A stretch of DNA of 64,000 bases from a virus, in IMG/VR virus record IMGVR_UViG_3300030329_005959, positions 1-64,000 of that record. One strand, written 5' to 3'. Made by a program: the position numbers and the translations under genes. Shown here one piece after another: positions 54,863 through 63,888 of the stretch. Positions within the stretch are counted from its first letter, which is position 1. Each line of letters opens with the position of its first letter. The notes under the pieces are model-generated. The model was not told the DNA's origin. It did no database searches and saw only the letters and a program-made list of their open reading frames with translations.

Positions 54863-55880
54863 ACTCCAAACGCCGTTATCTGCTAGTAGAATAAAAACGG
54901 CGCAGTCGTGTTCGTGGCTCTATTGGTGCAAGTATAAGTTAAAGCTGCCCGATAAAAGCAATGATGGAGCCCGAAGAGGCTCCATTTGCCATTTAGTTTT
55001 TGAAGTGCTTGGGGCAAAGGGAAGGAAGAAATATTATAATAAAATAATAAAAAGTCAAGATGTTTTTGCTGTCCCTTCGATAGAGCGATTAATTCTTAAA
55101 CATGCTACTAGAGAGGGTATAGATGACCCTGAGAATGTAGAGCTAATGAAAGACATGATCTTCAATGGTCTTTCGTATGATTTTTTTGGCTGTGATCTAG
55201 GAAAGCCCACAGAGGAATACTCAGAGAAGGATTTTGATATCATAAAAAATGATGGCAATATAAAATACAAAATAAGAGGCTTTATAGATAAGTTATTTTT
55301 GTATAAAAAAAAGAAATTTGCTATCATACGAGACTTCAAGACGAGCAAAGAAGTTTTTAAAGGTAAAGACCAAACCGACAACCTGCAAGACCTTATGTAT
55401 AGCCTTGCGGTTAAAAACCTGTTCCCCGAGTATTCTGAGAGAGTTAGCGAATTTCTCTTCCTTAAGTTCGACCTAGACCCCGATGCAGCAAAATCAGGTG
55501 TTGTCCGCATGAAGGCCCTTGACGAGAACGAGCTAGAGGGTTTTGAAATGCAGTTATCTGAAATACAAAAATATTTAGACAACTTTTCTGAAAAAGATGC
55601 CAAGAAAAACTATGCCGCTCATCAAGGTTTTCCCAAAGACAACTCCTTTAGCGGAAAACTTCTATGTGGATTTGCGACAAAGAAAGGAGAACTAAAGTTG
55701 GATGGCAGTCCCAAATGGCATTGCCCCATGAAGTTTGATTTCTTTTATTATCAAGTCACAAATTCAGAAGGAAAATTTGTGGCCTCATATTTTGAAGATG
55801 AGTTTTCCGAGGACTTGGTGCCTGAGGATTGCAGCTACGAAATGATGTATTATCAGGGTTGTCCCGCACATTCTTCTTGA
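54855..55880 (+). CDS. Cas4/AddB-like PD-(D/E)XK exonuclease
   Basis: LSASRIKTAQSC, GSICHLVFE, GFIDKL, IRDFKTSK, QDLMY, C-terminal Cys cluster. Confidence 0.85.
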   Translation: MPELQTPLSASRIKTAQSCSWLYWCKYKLKLPDKSNDGARRGSICHLVFEVLGAKGRKKYYNKIIKSQDVFAVPSIERLILKHATREGIDDPENVELMKDMIFNGLSYDFFGCDLGKPTEEYSEKDFDIIKNDGNIKYKIRGFIDKLFLYKKKKFAIIRDFKTSKEVFKGKDQTDNLQDLMYSLAVKNLFPEYSERVSEFLFLKFDLDPDAAKSGVVRMKALDENELEGFEMQLSEIQKYLDNFSEKDAKKNYAAHQGFPKDNSFSGKLLCGFATKKGELKLDGSPKWHCPMKFDFFYYQVTNSEGKFVASYFEDEFSEDLVPEDCSYEMMYYQGCPAHSS

Positions 55881-55911
55881 CCTTTCAAGGAAAAGGTCCA
55901 ATATACAGGAG

Positions 55912-56649
55912 ATGACTCCAGTATTCAAGTCAACCTACTCTATAGGGAAGAGCATTCTAACTCTCGATAAGGAAGAGACAGAGGGCGGTCCAGATAGTAT
56001 AATTGAAATATGCAAAGAAAACTCCATCAAGTCTCTTGTTCTTGTGGAAGATTCAATGACAGGATTTGTTACTGCCCACAATCGCTGCAAAGAGGCTGGT
56101 ATTGATCTAGTCTTCGGCTTGAGAATTACCTGCTGCAATGATACTTATGAAGACGATGATTCTGATCACAAGATTATAATTTTTGCTAAGAACGATGAGG
56201 GTTGCCGTTTACTCTACCGAATTTATTCATACGCTTACACAGGACAAAACGGTAAAGTAGATTTTGGGTTTCTGTTCGGTATTTGGGACGACAATATTGA
56301 ATTAGTTATTCCTTTTTATGATTCTTTTATATATAATAATAACTTTCACTTTAAAAAGTGTGTCCCCGATTTTTCCACAATACTCCCGACTTTTTGGCTG
56401 GAAGCGAACGACTTACCCTTCGATGGCTTGTTAGCTGAGAAGGTATTAAAGTTTGCCCAAGGAATGATGAGGCCAGTTAAGCGGGTAAAAACTATTCTAT
56501 ATAAAAACAGAGACGATGCTGAAGCTCTTCAAACTTACAAGATTCTCTGTAACCGAAATTTTGGCCGAGCCGCCTCTTTAAGTAGTCCTAACCTTAATCA
56601 CTTCGGCAGTAAGGAGTTCTGCCTTGAATCTTATTTGCAATATGAATGA
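55912..56649 (+). CDS. Stand-alone PHP domain of DNA polymerase III alpha (metal ligands degenerate)
   Basis: FKSTYSIGKS, LVLVEDSMTG, IDLVFGLR, IIFAKNDEGCRLL. Confidence 0.8.
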   Translation: MTPVFKSTYSIGKSILTLDKEETEGGPDSIIEICKENSIKSLVLVEDSMTGFVTAHNRCKEAGIDLVFGLRITCCNDTYEDDDSDHKIIIFAKNDEGCRLLYRIYSYAYTGQNGKVDFGFLFGIWDDNIELVIPFYDSFIYNNNFHFKKCVPDFSTILPTFWLEANDLPFDGLLAEKVLKFAQGMMRPVKRVKTILYKNRDDAEALQTYKILCNRNFGRAASLSSPNLNHFGSKEFCLESYLQYE

Positions 56650-57274
56650 GTCATTACTTAGATTTAACAAAAAGCAAAGATATCTTGTTTTTGACACTGA
56701 GACGGAGGGGCTGAATTTAGTTACCTCTAGGCCGTGGCAAATCGCTTGGTTGGTAGTGGAGGGAGATACAATTCTTTCCCGTCATGACAAGTTTATAGAT
56801 TGGCCTGACTTAAACGTTTCTGAAGGTGCAGCCAAAGTCACAGGCTTTTCTCGCAAAGAGTATGAAAAGAAAGCTGAAGCTCCCGACCAAGTGTGGTGCC
56901 AATTTTCTGCCCAACTTTATAATGAAGACAACTTAGTTATCGGGCAAAACCTTTTAGGTTTTGATGTTTACATAATTAATGTGTGGCGCAAATTGATGGG
57001 TATGCAAAGTGATTACTCTTTTGTAAACCGAATCATAGATACTAAATCCTTGGCGACAGCTATTGCTAAACAAATCCCCGTAGAGAAGCAGAACTTTCTA
57101 CCTTGGCAGTATAGGTTGCTGAACTACAGAGAAAGAGGCTTAAAAACCTCTCAAGCCACCCTTCTAAAAAAATACAGCATCCCCCACGATCCGAAGAGGC
57201 TCCACGATGCCCTTTATGATATTGAAATGAATTTTAAAGTTTTTCGTAAGCAACTTTTTGAGCTGGAGATATGA
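56642..57274 (+). CDS. DEDDh 3'-5' exonuclease (epsilon-like proofreader)
   Basis: VFDTETEG, GQNLLGFD, IIDT, HDALYD. Confidence 0.9.
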   Translation: MNESLLRFNKKQRYLVFDTETEGLNLVTSRPWQIAWLVVEGDTILSRHDKFIDWPDLNVSEGAAKVTGFSRKEYEKKAEAPDQVWCQFSAQLYNEDNLVIGQNLLGFDVYIINVWRKLMGMQSDYSFVNRIIDTKSLATAIAKQIPVEKQNFLPWQYRLLNYRERGLKTSQATLLKKYSIPHDPKRLHDALYDIEMNFKVFRKQLFELEI

Positions 57275-59826
57275 ATTCCACTAAATATACAGGCTATAAA
57301 ACCCCCTTTCCTGTAGGGGTTAAGCTGCCAAAAATCAAAATCGAAAAAAAATATTACGAAGAAGTCTCTTGCGTAGACCTGGAAGATAACTTCCAATTCC
57401 TTAGAAAGCTGTGTTTTAAAAAGGTCAAAGAAAAAGGTATAGACCAACAGGACAATGCTCAAATCTATTATGACCGTATTAAAGAAGAGTTGGCGATCTT
57501 CCAAGACTTAGGGTTTGTTGATTATATTCTTCTGAACTGGGACATCCTTAACTATTGCAAGGAAAACGATATCCCCACGGGTGCGGGTCGCGGCAGTGCG
57601 GCGGGGTCTCTAGTTTTGTATGTTATAGGAGTCACTAACATTGACCCTATCGAGCATGATTTATTTTTTGAGCGCTTTGTGTCTAAGAGCAGAGCCAAAA
57701 AGATAGAACATGAAGGTGAAACTTATTTAGACGGCAGCTTGCTCGCTGATGTAGATAATGACATCTCTTATGATCGACGCGCCGAGGTCATTAAATATAT
57801 TGAGAAAAAATTCGAAGGGCGAACTTCCAAGATTCTCACTTTAAACACTTTAAGCAGTAAGCTCTGCATGAAAGAGTGTGGTAAAATAGTTGAAGAATTA
57901 AGCGAGGGAGAGGTGAACCAAATCAGTGATACAATTCCCAAACACTTTGGGATAGTCGCCAAGCTAGACACAGCCTATGAGGAAAGTGAGACTTTTAAGG
58001 CTTATGCTGATAAATACCCCAAAGTCTTTAGGATAGCGCAGAAGCTCCAAGGACTAAACAAAAATACAGGGGTTCACCCTTCAGGTATTTGCATTTCTTA
58101 TTATGATTTAGATGATATCATGCCGTTACAAACCACTAATGACGGGGCGTTGGTTTCTGGTTATGACATGAATGATGTGGCTAGCCTAAGCGTTAAGTTT
58201 GATATCCTTGGTTTAAGGACTTTATCTGTAGTTCATGATGTCTGTAAGCAAATAGGGATAGATGCCTCTGAGATCGACCCCCATCACCATTCCATCTATG
58301 CAGCCTTGTCTTGTCTGCGGTCTCCGCAAGGGCTTTTTCAGATCGAAGCAGACACTAACTTCAAGGTATGCCAACAAATAGCTCCACGCGATCTTGAGCA
58401 ACTTTCTGCGGTGGTCGCTATTGCTAGACCTGGGGCACTAGACTTTAAGGATAGATATGCAGAATATGCGCGAACAGGTGAATCTCAGTCGGTTCATGAA
58501 TTTTTTGATGACATTCTTAGTTATACGGGTGGCATCCCCTTGTATCAGGAGCAGTTAATGAAAATGGCTGTTAAAGTAGGATTCAGTCTGGATGAATCCG
58601 AGCAGCTTCGACGCATCGTGGGCAAGAAAAAGGTGGATCAAATGCCAGCGTGGAAAGCGAAGATCGAAGAGAAGATAGAAAAGAATAATCTCGATCCAGC
58701 CATCGGAGACGTTTTATGGAGCGTGGCAGAAGACTCTGCTAATTACTCTTTTAACAAATCTCACTCTATTAGTTACGCTTATCTTGCAGCTTGCACGGTG
58801 TATCTTAAATTTAACTACCCCAAGGAGTTCTTTTTAAGTCTTTTAAAATACACTAAATATGAGCCTAATTCTCATGAAGAGATAGCTAAAATTACCCAAG
58901 AATTAGGTAATTTTGGCATAAAGCTTTTACCTCCCGATCTTAATAAGTCTGATATTGATTTTAAGATTGAAGAAGACAACATAAGATATGGCCTTAATTC
59001 TATCAAAGGCGTTTCCACCAAGGTTTTGGAGTCTTTATTAGAATTTAGAGAGGACTCGTTTGCTAACAAGTATGAAGTATTTTTATCCGCGAAGCAAGCT
59101 GGGTTAAACATAGGGACTCTCTCTGCCTTAATACAAGCAGGACTTCTTGATTCATTTGTTTCTAGCAATCGGTGTCGATTAGTTTTAGAGGCTCAAACTT
59201 TTAACATTCTTACTGACCGAGAGAAGAGAAACCTGATTGCGTTAGGCCCTAAATACGACTACGACATTATCACAGCCATTCATGAGGCTAGGAAAGAGGA
59301 GATGGTGGGCGATGACAACCGCCAAATGTTTACAGAGAAGCGTTTCGGGACATTCCGCAAAAAATTTAATCCATATAAAGAAATATATGAGATGAATTCA
59401 AAACACATCAAATATGCTAATTGGTATTTTGAAGAGAAACTTCTGGGCTATAGCTACTCTCACAACATAAGGCAGGTTTTTAGTTACGAAGATGATTTTC
59501 ACTCATCTGCGGTCGTGAGAGATTTACCTGATAGAGCAAACGTTAAGTTTGTGGGTATTCTGACTGACATTATCCGCAGGACTAGTAGAAATGGCAACAA
59601 ATATGCCCGTCTGGACTTGCAAGACGAAGCGGGAAAAGTAGATGGTTTATTTCTTGACAGTCAACGCGCACCGCGCCTCACTAATTATCTAGATTCTGGT
59701 AAGAAATTACCCAAAAAAGGGGAAATTATGATAATTTATGGCTCAAAGGGTGATGATGTTGTTTTTGTTGACAAACTCTTTCCATTAAAGGATAAAATCT
59801 ACATGAAGTTATCTGAACTTAAATAG
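57271..59826 (+). CDS. dnaE: DNA polymerase III alpha core (lacks PHP)
   Basis: GFVDYIL, GAGRGSAAGSLV, FFERF, ADVDND, GVHPSG, KFDILGL, YQEQLM, YSFNKSHS, C-terminal OB fold. Confidence 0.95.
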   Translation: MNSTKYTGYKTPFPVGVKLPKIKIEKKYYEEVSCVDLEDNFQFLRKLCFKKVKEKGIDQQDNAQIYYDRIKEELAIFQDLGFVDYILLNWDILNYCKENDIPTGAGRGSAAGSLVLYVIGVTNIDPIEHDLFFERFVSKSRAKKIEHEGETYLDGSLLADVDNDISYDRRAEVIKYIEKKFEGRTSKILTLNTLSSKLCMKECGKIVEELSEGEVNQISDTIPKHFGIVAKLDTAYEESETFKAYADKYPKVFRIAQKLQGLNKNTGVHPSGICISYYDLDDIMPLQTTNDGALVSGYDMNDVASLSVKFDILGLRTLSVVHDVCKQIGIDASEIDPHHHSIYAALSCLRSPQGLFQIEADTNFKVCQQIAPRDLEQLSAVVAIARPGALDFKDRYAEYARTGESQSVHEFFDDILSYTGGIPLYQEQLMKMAVKVGFSLDESEQLRRIVGKKKVDQMPAWKAKIEEKIEKNNLDPAIGDVLWSVAEDSANYSFNKSHSISYAYLAACTVYLKFNYPKEFFLSLLKYTKYEPNSHEEIAKITQELGNFGIKLLPPDLNKSDIDFKIEEDNIRYGLNSIKGVSTKVLESLLEFREDSFANKYEVFLSAKQAGLNIGTLSALIQAGLLDSFVSSNRCRLVLEAQTFNILTDREKRNLIALGPKYDYDIITAIHEARKEEMVGDDNRQMFTEKRFGTFRKKFNPYKEIYEMNSKHIKYANWYFEEKLLGYSYSHNIRQVFSYEDDFHSSAVVRDLPDRANVKFVGILTDIIRRTSRNGNKYARLDLQDEAGKVDGLFLDSQRAPRLTNYLDSGKKLPKKGEIMIIYGSKGDDVVFVDKLFPLKDKIYMKLSELK

Positions 59827-59837
59827 TGTAATTAATT

Positions 59838-62267
59838 ATGATGGGTCTAACTGATTTCAATTTAACACCAAAAGCAAAAAAAGGGTTAAAAGACGCCAAA
59901 AAATTCGCAGAAGCCAACGGACACGCGCTTGTAACTACCGAGCACCTAATTTACGGGTGCTTAGTTAATTTATCAGATAGCTGTGCCTTAAAACTTAAAG
60001 GATATGGGGTTCCTCTTGAACAAAAGGAATTTGTTAAAATCTTCAAAGATTACGCCTCTAAAAATACAAAGATTTTTGAATCTACAAAGGGGCAAGGAGG
60101 CTGGCACGAAGATGTTAACGAAGTAATTCTTTTCGCCAAAGAGTTTTCCGACCAGTTTGACAGTTACTTTATTGGTGTTGAGCACATTTTGTATGTGATT
60201 TTAGACATGGAAGGCCCGTTTATCGCGCATTTGCGGGAAAACGCCATTGATCCCCTTCACGCAAAAGATGTAATAGAAACTCATGTTTTAGAAAGTAGCA
60301 TCCCCCCCACAGACCAAATAAAAAATATTTTACAGATTCAGGGTAAAAGAAATTTTTCCCTCCAAGAAGAGGAGCAGCGCCCCGTAAGCCACTTAAGCAA
60401 GTATTGCATCAATCTTAATGAACGCTTTCTAGATAAACAATCCTCTAAAATTTCAGGTAGAGACGATGAGACTAACGAACTAATAGAAATCCTCTCCAAA
60501 AAAAATAAAAGTAACGCTATTTTGGTCGGGGAGGCTGGAGTCGGTAAAACTGCGATTGTGGAGGGGTTAGCCCAACGTATAGTTTCCCAAACGGTGCCTC
60601 CCCACATGTCCCTAATGCAAATCTGTGGGGTTGATATCAGCGCTATGGTTGCTGGCACTAAATACAGGGGAGAGTTTGAGGAGAGATTCAAGTCCCTTAT
60701 CTCAGAAGCAGAAAAAGAACCTAATATAATTTTATTTTTTGACGAAATACACACAATCATCGGAGCGGGTAATTCGGAAGGGGCCGTAGACGCATCTAAT
60801 ATGTTAAAACCTGCTTTAGCAAGGGGCGACATAAAATGCATAGGCGCTACTACCTCCCAAGAGTATAAGAAGTTTTTTGAGAAGGATACAGCCATGAAAA
60901 GAAGGTTTGACAAAATCGTGGTGGAGGAACCTTCCAAAGCAGATACTAAAAAAATAGTAATGGAGGCTCTTCCTTTTTATGAGGATTTTCACCACGTTGA
61001 TTACAAAGAAGAAGATATCGACACCATCCTAGATCTGGCTGAAAAATTTTTAAGCAATAAAAGGTTTCCCGATAAAGCTTTTGATTTAGTGGATCAAATC
61101 GGAGCGAGGACTAGAATCAAGTATGTCCCCGTTTCCTCTCAAATGGCTTCTGCGAGGAAAAAATTCTGTGACTTCTTAGTCAAGAACGGGGAGGACAAAG
61201 AATTAAATGAGGAACAATTTACCGTTCTCTTAAAAGATTACCTGCAAGAACTCGCGGCGAGCGGGAAACCAAAAGGACGTAAGCAAAAAATACGACAGAA
61301 GGATATAATCGCTGTCTTTACTGAAAAAACAGGCTTGTCGCCCAAGACTATTGCTAAAAACAATTCAGCGTTTATCAATTTCCCCAAACACATGAATAGT
61401 GAGATATTTGGTCAAGAAGAGAATATCGAGACCATCCATAATGCTTTGTCTTGCGCTAAAGCGGGGCTGAATGACCCCCAGAAACCACTTTCTAACTTTT
61501 TGTTTATAGGGGGCACCAGTGTAGGTAAAACTTTCACTGCTAAGAAAATAGCTAAATATTTTTATGGCAATGAAAAGTCCTTTTTACAACTTAACATGAG
61601 CGAATACCAAGATAAAACAGCTATCTCTAAGCTTATAGGAGCCAACGCAGGTTATGTGGGTTACGAGGACGGAGGACTTTTGACAGAGTTTGTTCGTAAT
61701 AACCCCAACTGTGTCGTTCTATTTGATGAGGTGGAAAAATGCGACCCTAAAATCTTGGACTTATTACTACATATTTTGGATGAAGGTTATGCCACAGACA
61801 ACTTAAATAGAGAAATTGATTTTCGAAGAACAGTTATTGTTATGACCTCTAATATTGGTCACAGCGAAAAATCTAAACGAAGTATGGGATTCGTTCCTAC
61901 CCAAGAAACAGACTCGGACATTTACAAAAAATCTCTAGAAAAGCATTTGCGTCCTGAATTACTAGCCCGATTAGACGAAATACTTTTCTTTAACGAGTTA
62001 AATGATAGCCACCTTCTTAAGATTATTAACCAAGAACTTAAGCATATTGCGACTCGTCTCTTAGATAGAGGTATCGAACTAAGCTATAACTCCAGTGTAA
62101 AAAAACTTATTTTTAATAAAGCGAAAAGGAAAAACAGTCATGCTAGGCAGATTAAAAACCTAGTTAAAAGCACTATTCAAGTTCCTCTGTCTGAGTTTAT
62201 TGTAAAAAATCGCAAAATAGAGAAAATTTCTCTTAAAGTAGTTGACAAATCGCTAGCATTTATATAA
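59838..62267 (+). CDS. ClpA/ClpC-type Hsp100 AAA+ ATPase
   Basis: Two Clp-N repeats (EHL/EHI), GEAGVGKT, AGTKYRGEFEER, FFDEIH, RFPDKAFDL, GGTSVGKT, SKLIGA.GYVGY, LFDEVEK, MTSN, SMGF loop, RPELLARLD. Confidence 0.93.
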   Translation: MMGLTDFNLTPKAKKGLKDAKKFAEANGHALVTTEHLIYGCLVNLSDSCALKLKGYGVPLEQKEFVKIFKDYASKNTKIFESTKGQGGWHEDVNEVILFAKEFSDQFDSYFIGVEHILYVILDMEGPFIAHLRENAIDPLHAKDVIETHVLESSIPPTDQIKNILQIQGKRNFSLQEEEQRPVSHLSKYCINLNERFLDKQSSKISGRDDETNELIEILSKKNKSNAILVGEAGVGKTAIVEGLAQRIVSQTVPPHMSLMQICGVDISAMVAGTKYRGEFEERFKSLISEAEKEPNIILFFDEIHTIIGAGNSEGAVDASNMLKPALARGDIKCIGATTSQEYKKFFEKDTAMKRRFDKIVVEEPSKADTKKIVMEALPFYEDFHHVDYKEEDIDTILDLAEKFLSNKRFPDKAFDLVDQIGARTRIKYVPVSSQMASARKKFCDFLVKNGEDKELNEEQFTVLLKDYLQELAASGKPKGRKQKIRQKDIIAVFTEKTGLSPKTIAKNNSAFINFPKHMNSEIFGQEENIETIHNALSCAKAGLNDPQKPLSNFLFIGGTSVGKTFTAKKIAKYFYGNEKSFLQLNMSEYQDKTAISKLIGANAGYVGYEDGGLLTEFVRNNPNCVVLFDEVEKCDPKILDLLLHILDEGYATDNLNREIDFRRTVIVMTSNIGHSEKSKRSMGFVPTQETDSDIYKKSLEKHLRPELLARLDEILFFNELNDSHLLKIINQELKHIATRLLDRGIELSYNSSVKKLIFNKAKRKNSHARQIKNLVKSTIQVPLSEFIVKNRKIEKISLKVVDKSLAFI

Positions 62268-62270
62268 TAT
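62242..62270 (+). promoter_or_regulatory. Sigma70 promoter, near-leaderless
   Basis: TTGACA at 62242 and TATAATAT at 62263-62270; ATG at 62277. Confidence 0.65.
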
Positions 62271-62276
62271 ACCCAT

Positions 62277-62501
62277 ATGAAACGAGTAAACACTAGAGTC
62301 ATGAGAGCGATCCGCAACACCAAAGGTAGGTTTTTCGGTCTCTACACTTCGCAGGGTGAAACCTTGAATGCCCAGCTGTCAGGAGAAACCGATAACTACG
62401 TTAAGGTCTATGATCGCAATGCTCGCGAAGATCGCACTTTTGCTAAGACCAGCATTTGTGGGGTGCGTATCGCAGAACAAAATTTCGGCAAGGTATTTTA
62501 A
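62277..62501 (+). CDS. Small beta-barrel protein, possibly Sm/Hfq-like
   Basis: GLYTSQGETLNAQL...DNYVKV...FAKTSICGV parallels the Hfq Sm1/Sm2 pattern. Confidence 0.4.
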   Translation: MKRVNTRVMRAIRNTKGRFFGLYTSQGETLNAQLSGETDNYVKVYDRNAREDRTFAKTSICGVRIAEQNFGKVF

Positions 62502-62556
62502 CCTCTGTCATACCTTACCGATATAAGAAGAAGTTGTTGCATCCTTCTTCTAAGAG

Positions 62557-62588
62557 TCAACCCCCTTGAAAAAGGGGGTTGATTTATT
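62557..62588 (+). terminator. Hairpin terminator
   Basis: TCAACCCCCTT-GAAA-AAGGGGGTTGA followed by TTTATT. Confidence 0.75.
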
Positions 62589-62598
62589 ATTATAAGTA

Positions 62599-63663
62599 GT
62601 GAAACTCTCTTCTTTATTTAAAGACAAGGCTTATGCCTTTGCTCAGTCAGGCGACCCTGAAGACGATTGTAAGTTCGCTACAGCTCTTCTCAAAAAAACC
62701 AACCCTGAACTTAACATAAAACATCTCGCCCTGTGGTCAGTCACGGATTATTACGATGTTTTCATGATTTTAACTGCTAATCAAGAGCTTTTAAAATTAA
62801 AAATTTCTTTAAGTGATCCCGATCACGTTTTGGAAAAAGAAAGTGTTGTTTTAAGAAGAAGCCATTGTCCTGCTCTCCCTATTTTGGTGGATTACGGAAC
62901 AAGCAAAATAGGAGAAGAGGTTACTTATTTGTTGGCGCGTGTTCCTGCGGGAGAAAACGTGAGAAGTCAGGGCAGATCATGCTTAATAAATAATTTAGAT
63001 TTATTTCTTAAGAGTTATTGGGTGTTTGCTAAAAGCCACAACGTTAAACCCACTTATAAAAAAGTCATAACTTATTTTACAAAAAATTTAATACCTCAGA
63101 ATGTTTTAGGAAAAGAGTCTCTGGAGGCTTTAGAAGATTATACTGATTCTGATTTGTGCGAAAAATTTCTCTTAGATCTCCGTGCAGATATTCTATCTCG
63201 CTTTAAAGACATACAGAAAAAACTAAACAAAAAATGTCATGCGGCCTTGTCCCTTGATTCAATTTTTTATTATGGTGGGGGTTTTTATTTTGATGAACTG
63301 CATAATGTTTGTATGGGTCATCCTTATATAGACTTTTGTGATATGGTGATTGAATCAGGCAGTCCTCCCGAAAATGATATTTATTTATGGAAACAATTTT
63401 GTGACAGCGGCTCTTTCCCGCAGGACAGAGATCTGTATGATAAGATTTATCAACTATGCCTAAGAAAAAAGCTCGCTGATTTATTAATTTCATACATCAA
63501 AGAGGTTTATGTTTATGATTCTTTTCGATACGAAGAAATCTTCCATGTAGCTGATAGCTTTTCCCATGCCTATACTCGATTCCAAGAGATAGAATCTTTC
63601 TCAGAAAACAAAGATTTCATCATGAAAACGATTTGCGAGCCTATTTTTGGTGTAAAAGCATAG
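62599..63663 (+). CDS. APH/choline-kinase-fold protein, catalytic motif degenerate
   Basis: LKLKIS...EKESVVL...LPILVDYG...YLLARVPAG; CHAALSLDSI in place of HGDLxxxN; GHPYIDF. Confidence 0.55.
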   Translation: MKLSSLFKDKAYAFAQSGDPEDDCKFATALLKKTNPELNIKHLALWSVTDYYDVFMILTANQELLKLKISLSDPDHVLEKESVVLRRSHCPALPILVDYGTSKIGEEVTYLLARVPAGENVRSQGRSCLINNLDLFLKSYWVFAKSHNVKPTYKKVITYFTKNLIPQNVLGKESLEALEDYTDSDLCEKFLLDLRADILSRFKDIQKKLNKKCHAALSLDSIFYYGGGFYFDELHNVCMGHPYIDFCDMVIESGSPPENDIYLWKQFCDSGSFPQDRDLYDKIYQLCLRKKLADLLISYIKEVYVYDSFRYEEIFHVADSFSHAYTRFQEIESFSENKDFIMKTICEPIFGVKA

Positions 63664-63665
63664 GT

Positions 63666-63878
63666 ATGCCCCTCCCCTCTCCAAGAGACAAAGAGAAACG
63701 TTCTGACTTTATGAACAGATGTATGCTTGATCTTGCGGGTAAAGAGGAGTTTAAGGACAACAAACAAAGAGCCGCTGTCTGCTATTCTCAGTTTAAGAAA
63801 GGGGCCAGTAAAGCCTCTGCAATAGTTGACGATGATGATGAGACTTTTTATTGTTTTTTAAAGGAGCCAAACAAATAA
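63666..63878 (+). CDS. Small phage protein
   Basis: MPLPSP...DFMNRCM...QRAAVCYSQF; ATG 10 nt after GTGTAA. Confidence 0.7.
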   Translation: MPLPSPRDKEKRSDFMNRCMLDLAGKEEFKDNKQRAAVCYSQFKKGASKASAIVDDDDETFYCFLKEPNK

Positions 63879-63888
63879 CCAAAGAAAA

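Noticed and set aside
54855-55880. CRISPR-associated Cas4
   Set aside because: It sits in the replication operon with no cas1/cas2 or array; this is the common stand-alone phage exonuclease.
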